A stretch of 61,154 nt of DNA, the filler included, from Nemertoderma westbladi (taxonomy: Eukaryota > Animalia > Xenacoelomorpha), in assembly GCA_032718475.1 (NCBI GenBank). It is 3 parts of 3 records of this genome, joined end to end, with 100 filler letters (N's around TTAATTAATTAA, not from the genome) between each part and the next. Parts side by side here need not be neighbours in the genome. Positions count along the whole stretch, not along the records: positions 1 to 28,455 come from JAUCBJ010002414.1; 2 more parts are not named here. One strand, 5' to 3'. The notes under the pieces were generated by a model, which ran no database searches, was not told the origin of the DNA, and saw only the letters and a program-made list of their open reading frames with translations. Both the position numbers and the translations under genes were made by a program. Numbering within the stretch: the first letter of the stretch is position 1; each line of letters opens with the position of its first letter. Shown piece after piece: positions 14,718-27,780 of the stretch.

Positions 14718-15900
14718 TAGAGGCCTTCGCGCAGCATCACAAATACTGAAACGAGCTGTCAAAGCGCTTTAGTTAGAGGCATTCTTGATGCATTATAAAT
14801 ACTGAAAAGAGCTTTTGAAACTATTCAGGCCTTCGCGCAGCATGTTAAATACTGAAAAAGAGCTGCTAAAACTGTTCAGAGTCCTTTGAAGCTTTGTGCA
14901 GCATGATAAGTGCAGTTGAAATTGTTCAGAGGGTTTCATGCATCATGAGAAAAACTGAAAAGAACTGATAAAACTGCCCAGAGGCATTCACACAGTTTGA
15001 AAAATACAGAAAAGATATCTTAAAGATGCTCAGAGACCGTTGTGCAGCATGATAAACGCTGAAAATAAATGTTGAAACTATTCAGAGACCTTTGTGCAGC
15101 ATGATAAATTCTGAAAAGAGCTGTTGAAACTGTTCAGAGGTCTTCGAGCAGCTTGAGAAGGACTGAAAATAGGTTTTGAAACTTTTAGGCCTTCGCGCAG
15201 AATATGAAATACTGAAAAGAGTTGATAGAACTGTTCAGAGTCCTTCATGCAGCATGATAAATGCTGAAAATAATAGTTGAAATTGTTCAGATGGCTTCGT
15301 GCAACATGAGAAATGCTGAAAATTGCTGTTGAAACTGTTCAGAGGCCTTCATGCAGCATGACCAATGCTGAAAAGAGCTGTTGAAACTGTTAAAAGCCCT
15401 CATGCAGCATGAGAAATACTGAAATGAGCTCATAAAACTGTTCAGAAAGCAGAATCCTTCATGCAGCATGATAAATGCTGAAAAGAACAGTTGAAATTGT
15501 TCCATGAGCTTCGTGAAACATGAGAAATGTTTAAAATAGCTGTTAGAACTGTTCAGAGACCTTCATGCAGCATGAGAAAGGCTGAAAAGAGCTGTTGAAA
15601 CTGTTTAATTGAATTCCTGAATTCGTAAAGCATGATAAATGTTGAAATGTGAAATGAGCTGTTTAAATTGTTCAGAGGCCTTTGTGCAGCTTAATAAATA
15701 CTGAAATAGCTGCGAAATTGTCCAGGCCTTTGCGCTGCATGTGAAATGCTTTGAAACTGTAAAAGGTTTTAAAACTTTTTAAAACTTTAAAAATTGCGAT
15801 CATCGCAATTTTCCAACCATGCAGCCATGCAAACACGAATTGTTGAAACAATTCAGAGGCCTTCATGCAGCATGGAAAATGCTGAAAATGACTGTTGAAA
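14718..15900. repeat. Degenerate ~50-bp tandem repeat upstream of calcineurin A
   Basis: About 20 diverged copies of GAGGCCTTCATGCAGCATGAGAAATGCTGAAAAGAGCTGTTGAAACTGTTCA. Confidence 0.9.
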
Positions 15901-15934
15901 CGGTTTATAACTTATAAGGTACCGTATACACCAA

Positions 15935-16045
15935 GGTTCCACCTTGGTGTAGTGGTTGCATTGAATTCACATCTCCTGTAGGTCGCGGGTTCGATCCTCA
16001 CATGGGCCAGGCACCAGGGTAGTTTTCGTTTCGGCCCGAATGCTT
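15935..16045 (+). mobile_element. tRNA-derived SINE head, copy 1
   Basis: A box TGGTGTAGTGG, TTCACAT anticodon-like loop (Val-CAC-like), B box GGTTCGATCC, then GTAGTTTTCGTTT body shared with copy 2. Confidence 0.7.
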
Positions 16046-16265
16046 TAAAGGGACCAGCCAGGGCGCATCTCTGCCTCGCATCCTTAAGTGATAGCTAAAT
16101 GAGTACTGGAGTTTCCTCTGGGGAGTAAAGTTCTGGGGGACCGCACTGGAAATAAGTCGTCAGACTTTGTGCGTAATCCCTGGCCTAGCGGCCGAAGAAA
16201 ACTTACTTTACTTTTACTTTGACAGATACTGAAACCAAATGCCAAATAATATTTTGAATTGAATC

Positions 16266-16430
16266 GGTCCGACGAATCTGTACAAAAAAAAATACAAAAA
16301 AATACAATATAGTACAAAAGAGTACAAAAGAGCAAACAGTGCACAGTGCAAAAATTGTACAAGAGTGCAAAAATAGTACAAAAGAGTACAAACGAGTGAG
16401 AAACGCATACAAAACGTGTATACCAGTGTA
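16266..16430. repeat. Dispersed repeat with (GTACAAAA)-type subrepeats, copy 1
   Basis: GGTCCGACGAATCTGTACAAAAA...GTACAAACGAGTGAGAAACGC also at 23035-23210. Confidence 0.85.
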
Positions 16431-16615
16431 GTAGGTAGGCCTATACAGTTATACACTACACTTGCTAACTTGTATACAAATATAATTAATTGTAAGCAAA
16501 TGCAACGGCGCCGAAATATGCGCCGTTACAGTGTCAATTTGTCTAGGATGGCTAAAACGTTTGTCCTTATCTGATCTGATCTGACGGTATATGACACTTG
16601 TTCCACCTTGGTTCA

Positions 16616-16730
16616 GAGCCCACCTTGGTGTAGTGGTTATATTGAATTCACATCTCGCGGAGGTTGTGGGTTCAATCCCGGCATGGGGGCCAGGACCAAG
16701 GTAGTTTTCGTTTGGGCACGAATGTTGGAA
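16616..16730 (+). mobile_element. tRNA-derived SINE head, copy 2
   Basis: CCACCTTGGTGTAGTGGTT...ATTGAATTCACATCTC...GGGTTCAATCCC...GTAGTTTTCGTTT, homologous to 15935-16045. Confidence 0.7.
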
Positions 16731-17388
16731 GTGAAGTTGAAGTTTTTTATTGGACGCCAAATTATAGTAATAGTGCCTACTGTAAAACGAACACAAAGCA
16801 TATTAACCCTCCCCGGTAACGTGGGGTAAAATAATACCCCAAGGGGATTACTTTTGATATTTTTCGACAATCTTTCATATTATGTATGTCCAACTTCATA
16901 GTATCTTCCAAAAAACTTGTAATCTAACGATTCTGTGGGTCAAACCCATAAAATTTTGTTTATGAAAAATGTTATGGGCCCTTAATTTGAAAACAACTTA
17001 GTTAGGTAAGATGGGGTATAAAAATACCCCATAACGTTATGGTGCTTTGTGACTCATTTTGGTTTCATTGGAACCACAATTGTCGATTTAGTTGTACTAG
17101 ACAGCTAGAGGTATGTTTTAACTTTGACTTTTAAGACCAAATTATCAGTATTACTGTATTATGAAGCTACTGTATTGTGTATGGCCTGTATTTCACAAGC
17201 CAAGACTTCGTCCTAATCGCGATGTGATAGATTGCTAAGTATATGTGAATAATTCTTATTGTAGGCTTTCTTAGAGGTGTTCTGGCCTTTTGAGTCTCAT
17301 TTTGGGTTCATTGAAACTGCAATGTATAATTTAGTTGCACAATAATCACATTTTATGACCAAATCATCAGTACTTTTGCAGTCATGGT

Positions 17389-19353
17389 TAGGGCTCAACA
17401 GAAGCTTCGGCTTCGGTTCGGTTCGGGCCGAAGTTTGGCAATTTCGGTTCGGTTCGGCTTCTGCAATTGATACTGCAGAAGCCCGGAGCATACTTTGCTA
17501 AATATTCCAAGTATTACATTGACTGATTGAGCTACAGTAAGACCAGAAGACAGTAAAACTAATCAATCTGTCCATCGTTGTACTAATTAATTTTGGAGTG
17601 TAAACGTTAAGCAGACACTGGTGCAGAGCAGACAGTGGTGCAGACAGTGATGTAGACAGTGGTGCAGACACCTGGTGCAGACAGTGGTGCACGCACTGGT
17701 GCAGACAGTGGTGCAGACATTGGTGCAGACACTGGTGCAGACAGTGGTGCAGACACTGGTGCAGACAGTGGTGCAGATAGTGGTGCAGACAGTGGTGCAG
17801 GCAGTGGTGCAGACACTGGTGCAGACAGTGGTGCAGACAGTGGTGCAGACATTGGTGCAGACAGTGGCGCAGACACTGGTGCAGGCACTGGTGCAGACAC
17901 TGGTGCAGACAGTGGAGCAGACAGTGGTGCAGACACCTGGTGCAGACACTGGTGCAGACAGTGGTGCAGACACTGGTGCAGACAGTGGTGCAGACACTGG
18001 TGCAGACAGTGGTGCAGACACTGGTGTAGACAGTGGTGCAGACTAGCGTTAGACCGGAGCCAGATTTTTGCCGGAGCCGGAACCGGACCGGGTAAATTCC
18101 AAAAGTACCGGAGCCGGAACCGGAGCCGGACCGGGTAAGTAAAATTAAATAAAAAAATATTGAGGACTGCCTGGTATGACTGTATGACCTATAGGTACCG
18201 GTACCTCAACCGCAGACACTGGTGCAGACAGTAAAGGGGCGAGCAGGTTAGTAAAGGAACAGGTTTCAGAGGAGTATTGGGGGAACCAAAACAATAAACG
18301 CTATTGTTTTGCGGGCTAAGAATACCCAAGGGCCAAGAATACTCGCAGGCTAAGAATACTCGCGGGCTAAGAATTCCTGAGACCTTACAGTAGTTAGTGA
18401 ATGTCTATTCCCCAGCATGAGACAATAACTTAATGAGCTCGTTTTATTATACAGTAATAAGCAGTGGCTCCAGTAAAGGTAAACAAAAGAATAAACATAC
18501 TCTGTATAAAGTAGGTCATGTAAAAACAATCAAACACTTTCGCTTATACCTCATTCCTTGGAGACATTGCTGCTTACAATTTATAGACATTATTGTTTAT
18601 ATGAAAACGGGAATACCGATTAATTACTTTCGTACACACCACTTATAATTATTTGTAATCAGCGCACATTCACCCGCACGCACCTCGACTTGTACTATAT
18701 ACGTCCTCCCTACTTCATGTAGAACTTTTCTGTAGTTACTCGCATATTTGTAGATAATAAATTCAGAAAGTCTATGATAAAATATAATATAATAGTGCCT
18801 GGTGGTATTGTGTTTTGTGGTACTCTGGTATTTCAGTCTGTCTGCACCACTGTCTGCACCACTTTGTAATACCCTATTTTTTAATTAATCTAATCATAAC
18901 TTTGATACATAATACCAAATATACCTACTACCTCATATAAATAGTATTACAAAGACTACGTGTACTTTTAGTGAGGTTTTCTAAATTTGATGTCACTACT
19001 GTACGACTTACTACAGGTGAAAATGTGGTGCATACAGTAAGTGCATGCATACAGTAAGTAGGCCCTATACAGTAGTTTAGGTTAGTAATGTACAGTAATG
19101 TAAATATTGCCATTTTATTTTGTAGTATTTATTTTTTTAATTAATCATAGCTTTCTCGCTAAGTCCGCAGACCAAATAGGTATACCAGTCTGCCACTGCC
19201 AGTCAGCCAGTATAGTGATGTAAATACGAATTTATGACCATAACTTGCTAACTTTCTGAACTTCGGTTCGGATTCGGTTCGGTTCGGCCCGAAGTTGGCC
19301 CTGCTTCGGTTCGGTTCGGTTCGGCCCCATAAAGTGCCTTCTGTTGAACCCTA
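17389..19353. mobile_element. Non-autonomous hAT-type transposon nested in the piggyBac-like element
   Basis: TIRs TAGGGCTCAACAGAAG / CTTCTGTTGAACCCTA (15/16 match); 8-bp TSD GTCATGGT at 17381-17388 and 19354-19361; subterminal (TTCGG)n repeats. Confidence 0.9.
17612..18043. repeat. 12-bp minisatellite TGGTGCAGACA(G/C)
   Basis: About 35 tandem copies; source of several spurious repetitive ORFs. Confidence 0.95.
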
Positions 19354-19601
19354 GTCATGGTGTATATTTCATATTACAATTCAAGATCTTGTGCTATTGC
19401 GAGGTGATATATCCGTATATATATATCACTTTGTTGACTTTTAGTGGTGATATTTGACTCATTTTATGCTTATTGGAAATGCAATGGTATACTTCAGGGT
19501 GTACTTGACCCATAACACCACTAAAAAACCTAAAATGAGAAACACTCTCACAGCTAATGCTTCGCTATGATAGTATCTTGTTGCAAAACGCCCCATCGCG
19601 A

Positions 19602-20708
19602 CGTTAACGTCCTGGAATACCCCTACCTGGGATACTCGTTAAACGCCACGCTATCTGGCACATCAAACGCCCAAAGAACAATAAAAAAAGGGAACTCGTG
19701 CCTCCGGTTCTTGTACCGCAATCAAGAAGTCCTGGATAAGCCTCTACGCCGCTTGCTGTGCAACTCCCTAATACAACCCCTAATAGACTACGCAGCTCCA
19801 TTTTGGTACCTCAGTACCAACAAACGGTACAGACAACAAATTGATGCGCTCCAACGGAAATGCATCAGATTCTGCTTGTCACTTCCAACTCGTACTCACT
19901 TAGACGCAAGTCATTTCACGGCAATGAACTGGCTACCGATCACTCAACGAACACACCAGCTAATCCTGACTCACGTCTACAACGTCTATAACAAAAAGGC
20001 ACCCACATACTTACAGAATTTAATAAACTTTGACCATACGACCAACAGACTACGTAACGGCTTTGCACACGCTATTGTCCCACACAAAAGAACTGCAGCT
20101 GGAACACTATCATTCTCATACCTGGGACCATACCTTTGGAACCAATTACCGAGCGACATAAAAGCATCCACTAACACTGAAACATTCAAACACAAAGTAA
20201 AAGAACACCTAATGAAACACGTTATATCAAACGAATCGTCAATTTTCTACGCTAACACGTCATAAACACTACACTACACACACAACTTCGACAACACCGA
20301 ATCGACAGGACCCCCATGAAAACGAGACGCAGTCTCTTGGGGCTATCCTGAACAATAAACTAACTCCCAGTATAAAGGACACTAAGAGAAACAACCGCAC
20401 CTGAAACCTACCGGACCGAACCGCAACTCAGACAAATACAAACGCACTATACACTAATAATACACACACCACACACCATACAGTACCTACCTACACAACA
20501 CTCACCGCGATTTGACTCTAATAGCCAATATATACATTTACTTATATATGCAAATATTATGCTATGCACTGTTTGTTTGTTTGTTTGTTGTTTTTAGACT
20601 TTTTACCCTCAGTGAATTGACCCTATGACATTATGTCTTTTATTTCAATTACCCGTATATTTTACTGTATATTTTATTGTTAATAAATAATTCCAATTCC
20701 AATTCCAA
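19602..20708 (+). mobile_element. 5'-truncated CR1/L2-group LINE (RT C-terminal region, 3' UTR and tail)
   Basis: ORF with YPYLG, LIQPLIDYAAPFW, LQRKCIR, FSYLGPYLWNQLP, FKHKVK motifs; 3' stem-loop AGGACCCCCATG...TGGGGCTATCCT; AATAAA plus (TTCCAA)3 tail; possible TSD ATCGCGA at 19595-19601 and 20714-20720. Confidence 0.85.
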
Positions 20709-21039
20709 CGATGATCGCGATTGTAGTGGGATAACTTTTGTAGCATTGGGCGTTGGGTAGACTTCAACCAAATTGAAAAAAAAAAATTCACAACTTATTT
20801 TTTCACCATTTGGCAAATTCTGGGAGGGGGATTGCAAGTGTTTTTCTGTTTAATGTTGCTTAAAATGTCTTATCAATTTGGGGTATAAACATACCCCATG
20901 TTACCGGTGAAGGATAATTTTTTACCATACCGGGGGAGGGTTAAAATTACAAAACATATTAAAATTGACAGCATACATAGACATACTTAATGATCGGCCC
21001 TGTTAACACAATAACACTATTGAAAAATAATATGGTGCA

Positions 21040-21090
21040 CCTGGGATAGCCCCATGAGGTTATACCTCGTTTCCATGGGGGTCCTATTTA
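21040..21090 (-). mobile_element. Second copy of the conserved LINE 3' stem-loop motif
   Basis: Reverse complement AGGACCCCCATGGAAACGAGG...CTCATGGGGCTATCC matches 20307-20350. Confidence 0.65.
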
Positions 21091-22189
21091 AAATTCATTC
21101 TATTAATTAGCGCTCATCAAATACGGCATGAGAGCACAAATTTAATTAAATAAAATATATGAAAAGTGCAATAAAATGTAAGATTTAATTAAAATATCTA
21201 AAAATAATGATCTGAAGTAGGAATAATGTTTTGAAGGGCAGAAGGGTTTAACGAGGCATCTCTCTGTCTCTGCCTTGCATCCTTAAATGATAGCTAAATG
21301 AGTACTGGACTTTATGCCTATGTCAGCATGTGAAGTTTCCCCGGTATTCCCCTTAAACCCGGGGGGGGGGGGGGGGTCAATATAACACCCCCCCCCCCCC
21401 CCCCCCCCCTCTCTGAAACAACGATAGGGGCCTACTAACTAAAAGACTAACTGAAACGAACTAAAAGGAATCAAATAAAATATGCTAGAAATTTTAAACT
21501 TGTTTTTAGCGGCTGGTGCCAAATTTTGTTGCTGGCCCATGTGAAGAATACCAGGATTTACCTTTTCAGTCGACTTTTATTAGAATTTTATATATGAAGA
21601 TTTTAATTTTTTTTTAATTTATCTTTATTAATTATTAAGTGTATTATAGAGAGCTTATTTATGGCTTATAACCTGTACATACAGACATATACTATTACTA
21701 ATTCGTTTATTGTTTTGGTTATATTCAGCCCTTCTGTAACCTGCGTTTTTTGTGAAAACCTGGTATTCTTCACATGGGCGTAACTGCAAAATAAAATATA
21801 ACGGCAGAAAGTCTGGTATTCTTCGCCCATGTGAAGAATACCAGAATACCTTACTAGTACCGTAAAACGGGGTGACTTTGTCAGGCGGGGTGGGGTGACT
21901 TCGTCATTACAGGGGGTGTCTTCATCAATACTAAAAATGATACTTAGTTTCTTGTAAAAAGTACCCGTAAATGTCTTATAATGTAATTGGAAGTTCAAAA
22001 CAGTAATAAAAACACAAAATACCGGTATCTATCAGCCTATATAAGTACAAAATAGACCTAATACTGTAATATGGTACTATAGGTCTCAGGTACTCGAGAT
22101 ATTGTTAGATTCTGTTTAGTGTTTTTGTTTAATAATGCCACGTCAGTATATGGTATAAGCGTGTGAGGGGTTCACGAAATTACCGAACA

Positions 22190-23016
22190 GCCTACACACT
22201 GACACAGATGAGTTGATGAAAGAAGCTGAGATTAGATTAATTCCACCAGGATCGGTAGAACTTAGTCTGTTAGTAGCAGAGTTGTAATGTAATGGTCATT
22301 TAAGTTCGATTTGAATATATTCACACTTGGGGAAGTAACAACCCCATCAGGAAGAGCATTCCAGGGAGATATGACTCGGAAGTGGAACGAATGGGCCCGG
22401 ATTTTCAGACGGACGGTCGGTTTGGTGAGTTTTAAAGAGTTACCGCGACAGACAGTTGACGATAAGGAGAAGAAGCTCTGCCAATCGACAGCATCAACAC
22501 CCGTTAGCATGCGATATAATTGAATAAGGTCTGCGCGAGAACGTCGGTATTCCAGAGTAGGTAGTCCCAAGCGACGCAGTCGCTCCGGATATGGAAGGTC
22601 AAGAAGGCCCGCTACCAAACGGGTAGCCCGACGTTGGACAGACTCAAGTAGGCGGCTTTCTCCTACATGGCTGGGTGACCAAACTGGAGATGCGTATTCC
22701 ACACAAGGACAGACAAGTGACTTATAGAGACTAATGAACATGACTTCATTGAGGTGATTAAAGCTTCTATATACTAGCCCCAGAACCTTATTTGCCTTCT
22801 TCGCGATAGTGGCTATGTGCAATGAGAACTGGAGAGAATCATCTAAGTTCACACCCAAGTCTTTCTCTGTTTCGGTTGTCTCCAGTGTGTGTGACCCGAG
22901 GGTGTAAGTGTACCTGGGGTTAGAGCGACCAATATGCATTACCTTGCATTTCTTATGATTAAATATTAATTGCCAGGTCTTGCTCCACCAATCCAAAATA
23001 TCTAGATCACTTTGCA
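22190..23016 (-). mobile_element. 5'-truncated CR1-like LINE (RT C-terminal region)
   Basis: LQSDLD..W...WQLIFNHKKCKVMHIG, EKDLGV, LYKSLV.P..EYASPVWSP, LESVQRRATR, WNALP motifs. Confidence 0.9.
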
Positions 23017-23034
23017 GGGGTCCCACGGAGAGTT

Positions 23035-23210
23035 GGGTCCGACGAATCTGTACAAAAAATTACAAAAAAATACAAAATAGTACAATATAGTACAAAAGAA
23101 TACAAAAGAGTACAATAAAGTGCAAAAATAGTACAAAAGAGTGCAAAAATAGTACAAAAGAGTACAAACGAGTGAGAAACGCTTGCAAAACATGTATCCA
23201 AGTGTAGTTC
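23035..23210. repeat. Dispersed repeat with (GTACAAAA)-type subrepeats, copy 2
   Basis: Homologous to 16266-16430; truncates the CR1 fragment. Confidence 0.85.
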
Positions 23211-24162
23211 AAATCGTATAGCTGTGTAGAGGGGTGCACATGGTGTGCAAAATAAAACAAAGCATTGTTTGATTGTGGGGCGAGCCACGCATTGAGAAAG
23301 GGGCTGATCTAGCTGTCTAGCAGTCAGAGAGTATGAAAATACAATCTTAGGCCTATGAGTTTTAATGCAGCTTTTTGTGTTCGAAAAACATAAAAAACGG
23401 TTCCAATTGCTCGAAAAATTGCAGAGGGAGATCTCACAGTCTCAATAAAGTTGCAGATAGACAGATAAAGGCATAGGCCTACTTACAGACTTACATAGCC
23501 TAAATAACGTAGCATACAGTCTATCCTTCAGTATGTATATGGGCTACTTTAAGACTATGACCTAAATTTCGAGTCTCAGGTATAGTGTATAGGCTGATAG
23601 GACTGTAGGAGTTTATATCTACCCACTGCATGTATGTATTGCATTATATTGTATTATACGAACAGTCACAGTAGCCTATTTCTACTTGTATGCCAGTCAA
23701 AATCTACATGAATCAAAGTTCTGTCAATCATTTCATACTTGACCACAGACTGACAGAACCAACTGACCAAGGCCGCTAGTATTGACACTGTCAGACTGTA
23801 GCGGCGCATATTTTGGCATTTGGTGCCGTTACCCTGTACCCTGTCATCCGAAATCAGTGAGTCAGAAGATAAACGGTGAAATTAACCGGTACCAGGGTAC
23901 AGCGGTACCTACCAAATGCTGTGTACTGAAATACAGTACCGGCAGACTGGTATGTAGAATAGCTTACTGTCTGACTGTAAACTATCAGCCACTGAAATGT
24001 TAAATGCAATTGCGGAACCTTGTAAATGTTACACCGACAAGGGTATTACCGATTCTTATAATAAAGTAAAGGATCAGGTTACATGGGTGGGCTTTTCTAA
24101 CCAAAACAATAAACGTTATAACGTTTAGGTATTGTTTTGGAAAAGGCAAAAATTAACAATAA

Positions 24163-27100
24163 ACGTTTGGCGTTTGGGAATGTTAGACTGCCGTGTTGGT
24201 GGCGTTTGGGTATGTTAGAATGCCGTTTGGGTGGCGTTTGGGTATGTTAGAATGCCGTTTGGGTGGCTTTTGGGTATGTTAGAATGCCGTTTGAGTGGCT
24301 TTTGGGTATGTTAGAATGCCGTTTGGGTGGCGTTTGAGTATGTTAGAATGCCGTTTGAGTGGCGTTTGGGTAAGGTAGAATGCCGTTTGGGTATGTTAGA
24401 AGGCAGTTTGAGTGGCGTTTGGGTATGATAGAATGCCGTTTGGGTGGCGTTTGGTAGGCGTTTGGGTATGTTAGAATGCAGTTTGAGTGGCGTTTGGGTA
24501 TGTTAGAATGCCGTTTGGGTATGTTAGAATGCAGTTTGAGTGGCGTTTGGGTATGTTAGAATGCCGTTTGGGTGGCGTTTGGGTATGTTAGAATGCCGTT
24601 TGGGTGGCGTTTGGGTATATTAGAATGCCGTTTGGGTGGCATTTGGGTATGTTAGAATGCCGTTTGGGTATGTTAGAATGCCGTTTGGGTGGCGTTTGGG
24701 TATGTTAGAATGCCGTTTGGCCATGTTAGAATGCCGTTTGGGTATGTTAGAATGCCGTTTGGGTGGCGTTTGGGTATGTTAGAATGCCGTTTGGATGGCG
24801 TTTGGGTATGTTAGAATGCCGTTTGGGTGGCGTTTGGGTATGTTAGAATGCCGTTTGGATGGCGTTTGGGTATGTTAGAATGCCGTTTGGGTATGTTAGA
24901 AGGCAGTTTGAGTGGCGTTTGGGTATGATAGAATGCCGTTTGGGTGGCGTTTGGTAGGCGTTTGGGTATGTTAGAATGCAGTTTGAGTGGCGTTTGGGTA
25001 TGTTAGAATGCCGTTTGGGTGGCGTTTGGGTATGTTAGAATGCCGTTTGGGTGGCGTTTGGGTATGTTAGAATGCCGTTTGGGTGGCTTTTGGGTATGTT
25101 AGAATGCCGTTTGAGTGGCTTTTGGGTATGTTAGAATGCCGTTTGGGTGGCGTTTGAGTATGTTAGAATGCCGTTTGAGTGGCGTTTGGGTAAGGTAGAA
25201 TGCCGTTTGGGTATGTTAGAAGGCAGTTTGAGTGGCGTTTGGGTATGATAGAATGCCGTTTGGGTGGCGTTTGGTAGGCGTTTGGGTATGTTAGAATGCA
25301 GTTTGAGTGGCGTTTGGGTATGTTAGAATGCCGTTTGGGTGGCGTTTGGGTATGTTAGAATGCCGTTTGAGTGGCGTTTGGGTATGTTAGAATGCCGTTT
25401 GGGTATGTTGGAATGCCGTTTGGGTGGCGTTTGGGTATGTTAGAATGGCGTTTGGGTATGTTAGAATGCCGTTTGGGTATGTTAGAATGCCGTTTGGGTA
25501 AGGTAGACTGTATTCTTTATTACATATTTATTATGTTTCATTTATTTTATCTTTAATTTTATTTATCTATGTTATTTTTCAGATTAATTTTCAAAGTCAA
25601 ACATCCAGGAGGAGAAGATTGATCAATTTCTGGCAAGCGTCATGGGTGTTGACAACACAGTAAACCGGAACTGCGTCCATCTGGTAAAAGTTATATCTAA
25701 ACTAGACTGACATTTGGGTGGCGTTTGTGTATGTTAGAATCTTAGAATGCCATTTGAGTGGCGTTTTGGTAAGGTAGACTGCCCTTTGCAGGTTTGGGTG
25801 GCGTTTGTGTAATCTAGACTGCCATTTGGGTGGCGTTTTGGTATGTTAGAATGCCGATTGGGTGGTGTTTGGGTATGTTAGAATGCCGTTTGGGTGGCGT
25901 TTGGGTATGTTAGAATGCCGTTTGAGTGGCGTTTGGGTATGTTAGAATGCCGTTTTGGTGGCGTTTGGTTATGTTAGAATGCAGTTTGAGTGGCGTTTGG
26001 GTATGTTAGAATGCCGTTTGGGTGGCGTTTGGGTATGTTAGAATGCTGTTTGAGTGGCGTTTGGGTATGTTAGAATGGCGTTTGGGTATGTTGGAATGCC
26101 GTTTGGGTGGCGTTTGGGTATGTTAGAATGCCGTTTGAGTGGCGTTTGGGTATGTTAGAATGGCGTTTGGGTATGTTGGAATGCCGTTTGGGTGGCGTTT
26201 GGGTATGTTAGAATGCCGTTTGGGTGGCGTTTGGGTATGTTGGAATGCCGTTTGGGTGGCGTTTGGGTATGTTAGAATGCCAGTTGGGTGGCGTTTGGGT
26301 ATGTTAGAATGCCGTTTGGGTGGCGTTTGGTTATGTTAGAATGCCGTTTGGGTGGCGTTTGGGTATATTGGAATGCCGTTTGGGTATGTTGGAATGCCGT
26401 GTGGGTGGCATTTGGGTATGTTAGAATGCCGTTTGCGTGGCGTTTGGGTATGTTAGAATGCCGTTTGAGTGGCGTTTGGGTATGTTAGAATGCCGTTTGG
26501 GTGGCGTTTGGGTATGTTGGAATGCCGTTTGGGTGGCGTTTGGGTATGTTAGAATGCCGTTTGGCCATGTTAGAATGCCGTTTGGGTATGTTAGAATTCC
26601 GTTTGGGTGGCGTTTGGGTATGTTAGAATGCCGTTTGGGGGGTGGCGTTTGGGTATGTTAGAATGCCGTTTGGCCATGTTAGAATGCCGTTTGGGTATGT
26701 TAGAATGCCGTTTGGGTGGCGTTTGGGTAAGTTAGAATGCCGTTTGAGTGGCGTTTGGGTATGTTAGAATGGCGTTTGAGTATGTTGGAATGCCGTTTGG
26801 GTGGCGTTTGGGTATGTTAGAATGCCGTTTGGGTATGTTGGAATGCCGTTTAGGTGGCGTTTGGGTATGTTAGAATGCCATTTGGGTGGCGTTTGGGTAT
26901 GTTAGAATGCCGTTTGGGTGGCGTTTGGTTATGTTAGAATGCCGTTTAGGTGACGTTTGGGTATATTGGAATGCCGTTTGGGTGGCGTTTGGGTATGTTA
27001 GAATGCCGTTTGGCCATGTTAGAATGCCGTTTGGGTATGTTAGAATGCCGTTTGGGTGGCGTTTGGGTATGTTAGAATGCCGTTTGAGTGGCGTTTGGGT

Positions 27101-27780
27101 ATGTTAGAATGGCGTTTGGGTATGTTGGAATGCCGTTTGGGTGGCGTTTGGGTATGTTAGAATGCCGTTTGGGTGGCGTTTGGGTATGTTGGAATGCCGT
27201 TTAGGTGGCGTTTGGGTATGTTAGAATGCCATTTGGGTGGCGTTTGGGTATGTTAGAATGCCGTTTGGGTGGCGTTTGGTTATGTTAGAATGCCGTTTGG
27301 GTGGCGTTTGGGTATATTGGAATGCCGTTTGGGTGGCGTTTGGTTATGTTAGAATGCCGTTTGTGTGGCGCTTGGGTATATTGGAATGCCGTTTGGGTGG
27401 CGTTTGGGAATGTTAGAATGCGTTTGGGTGGCGTTTGGGTATGTTAGAATGCCGTTTGGGTGGCGTTTGGGTATGTTAGAATGCCGTTTGGGTGGCGTTT
27501 GGGTATGTTAGAATGCCGTTTGGCCATGTTAGAATGCCGTTTGGGTGGGCTTTGGGTATGTTAGAATGCCGTTTGGGTGGCGTTTGGGTATGTTAGAATG
27601 CCGTTTGGATGGCGTTTGGGTATGTTAGAATGCCGTTTGGGTATATTAGAATGCCGTTTGGGTATGTTAGAATGCCGTTTGGCCATGTTAGAATGCCGTT
27701 TGGGTATGTTGGAATGCCGTTTGGGTGGCGTTTGGGTATGTTAGAATGCCGTTTGGTGGCGTTTGGGTAAGGTAGACTGT
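24163..27780. repeat. G/T-rich satellite of 32-bp and 21-bp units in two blocks
   Basis: GGTGGCGTTTGGGTATGTTAGAATGCCGTTTG and GGTATGTTAGAATGCCGTTTG arrays; unique ~190-bp spacer at 25501-25692 repeated at 27770-27965. Confidence 0.96.

Larger units (their letters stand above)
16807..20940. mobile_element. piggyBac-type non-autonomous element hosting nested insertions
   Basis: TTAA|CCCTCCCCGGTA at 16803-16818 and TACCGGGGGAGGG|TTAA at 20928-20944; a second, diverged inverted copy of the left end at ~20881-20917. Confidence 0.65.

Noticed and set aside
15935-16730. Functional tRNA-Val genes
   Set aside because: Stems pair poorly, the two copies are diverged and share a non-tRNA 3' body; better explained as SINE heads.
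17587-18138. Repetitive ORFs (SAPV/GADT/VQTL/CTTV), superficially antifreeze- or mucin-like
   Set aside because: All are frames of a 12-bp minisatellite inside a TSD-flanked hAT element.
16084-23288. Hydrophobic Cys/Phe/Tyr-rich ORFs at 16084-16456 and 23002-23288
   Set aside because: Antisense translations of the GTACAAAA-rich dispersed repeat.
25371-27107. MAFGYVRMPFGWRLG ORFs
   Set aside because: Translations of the 21/32-bp satellite.
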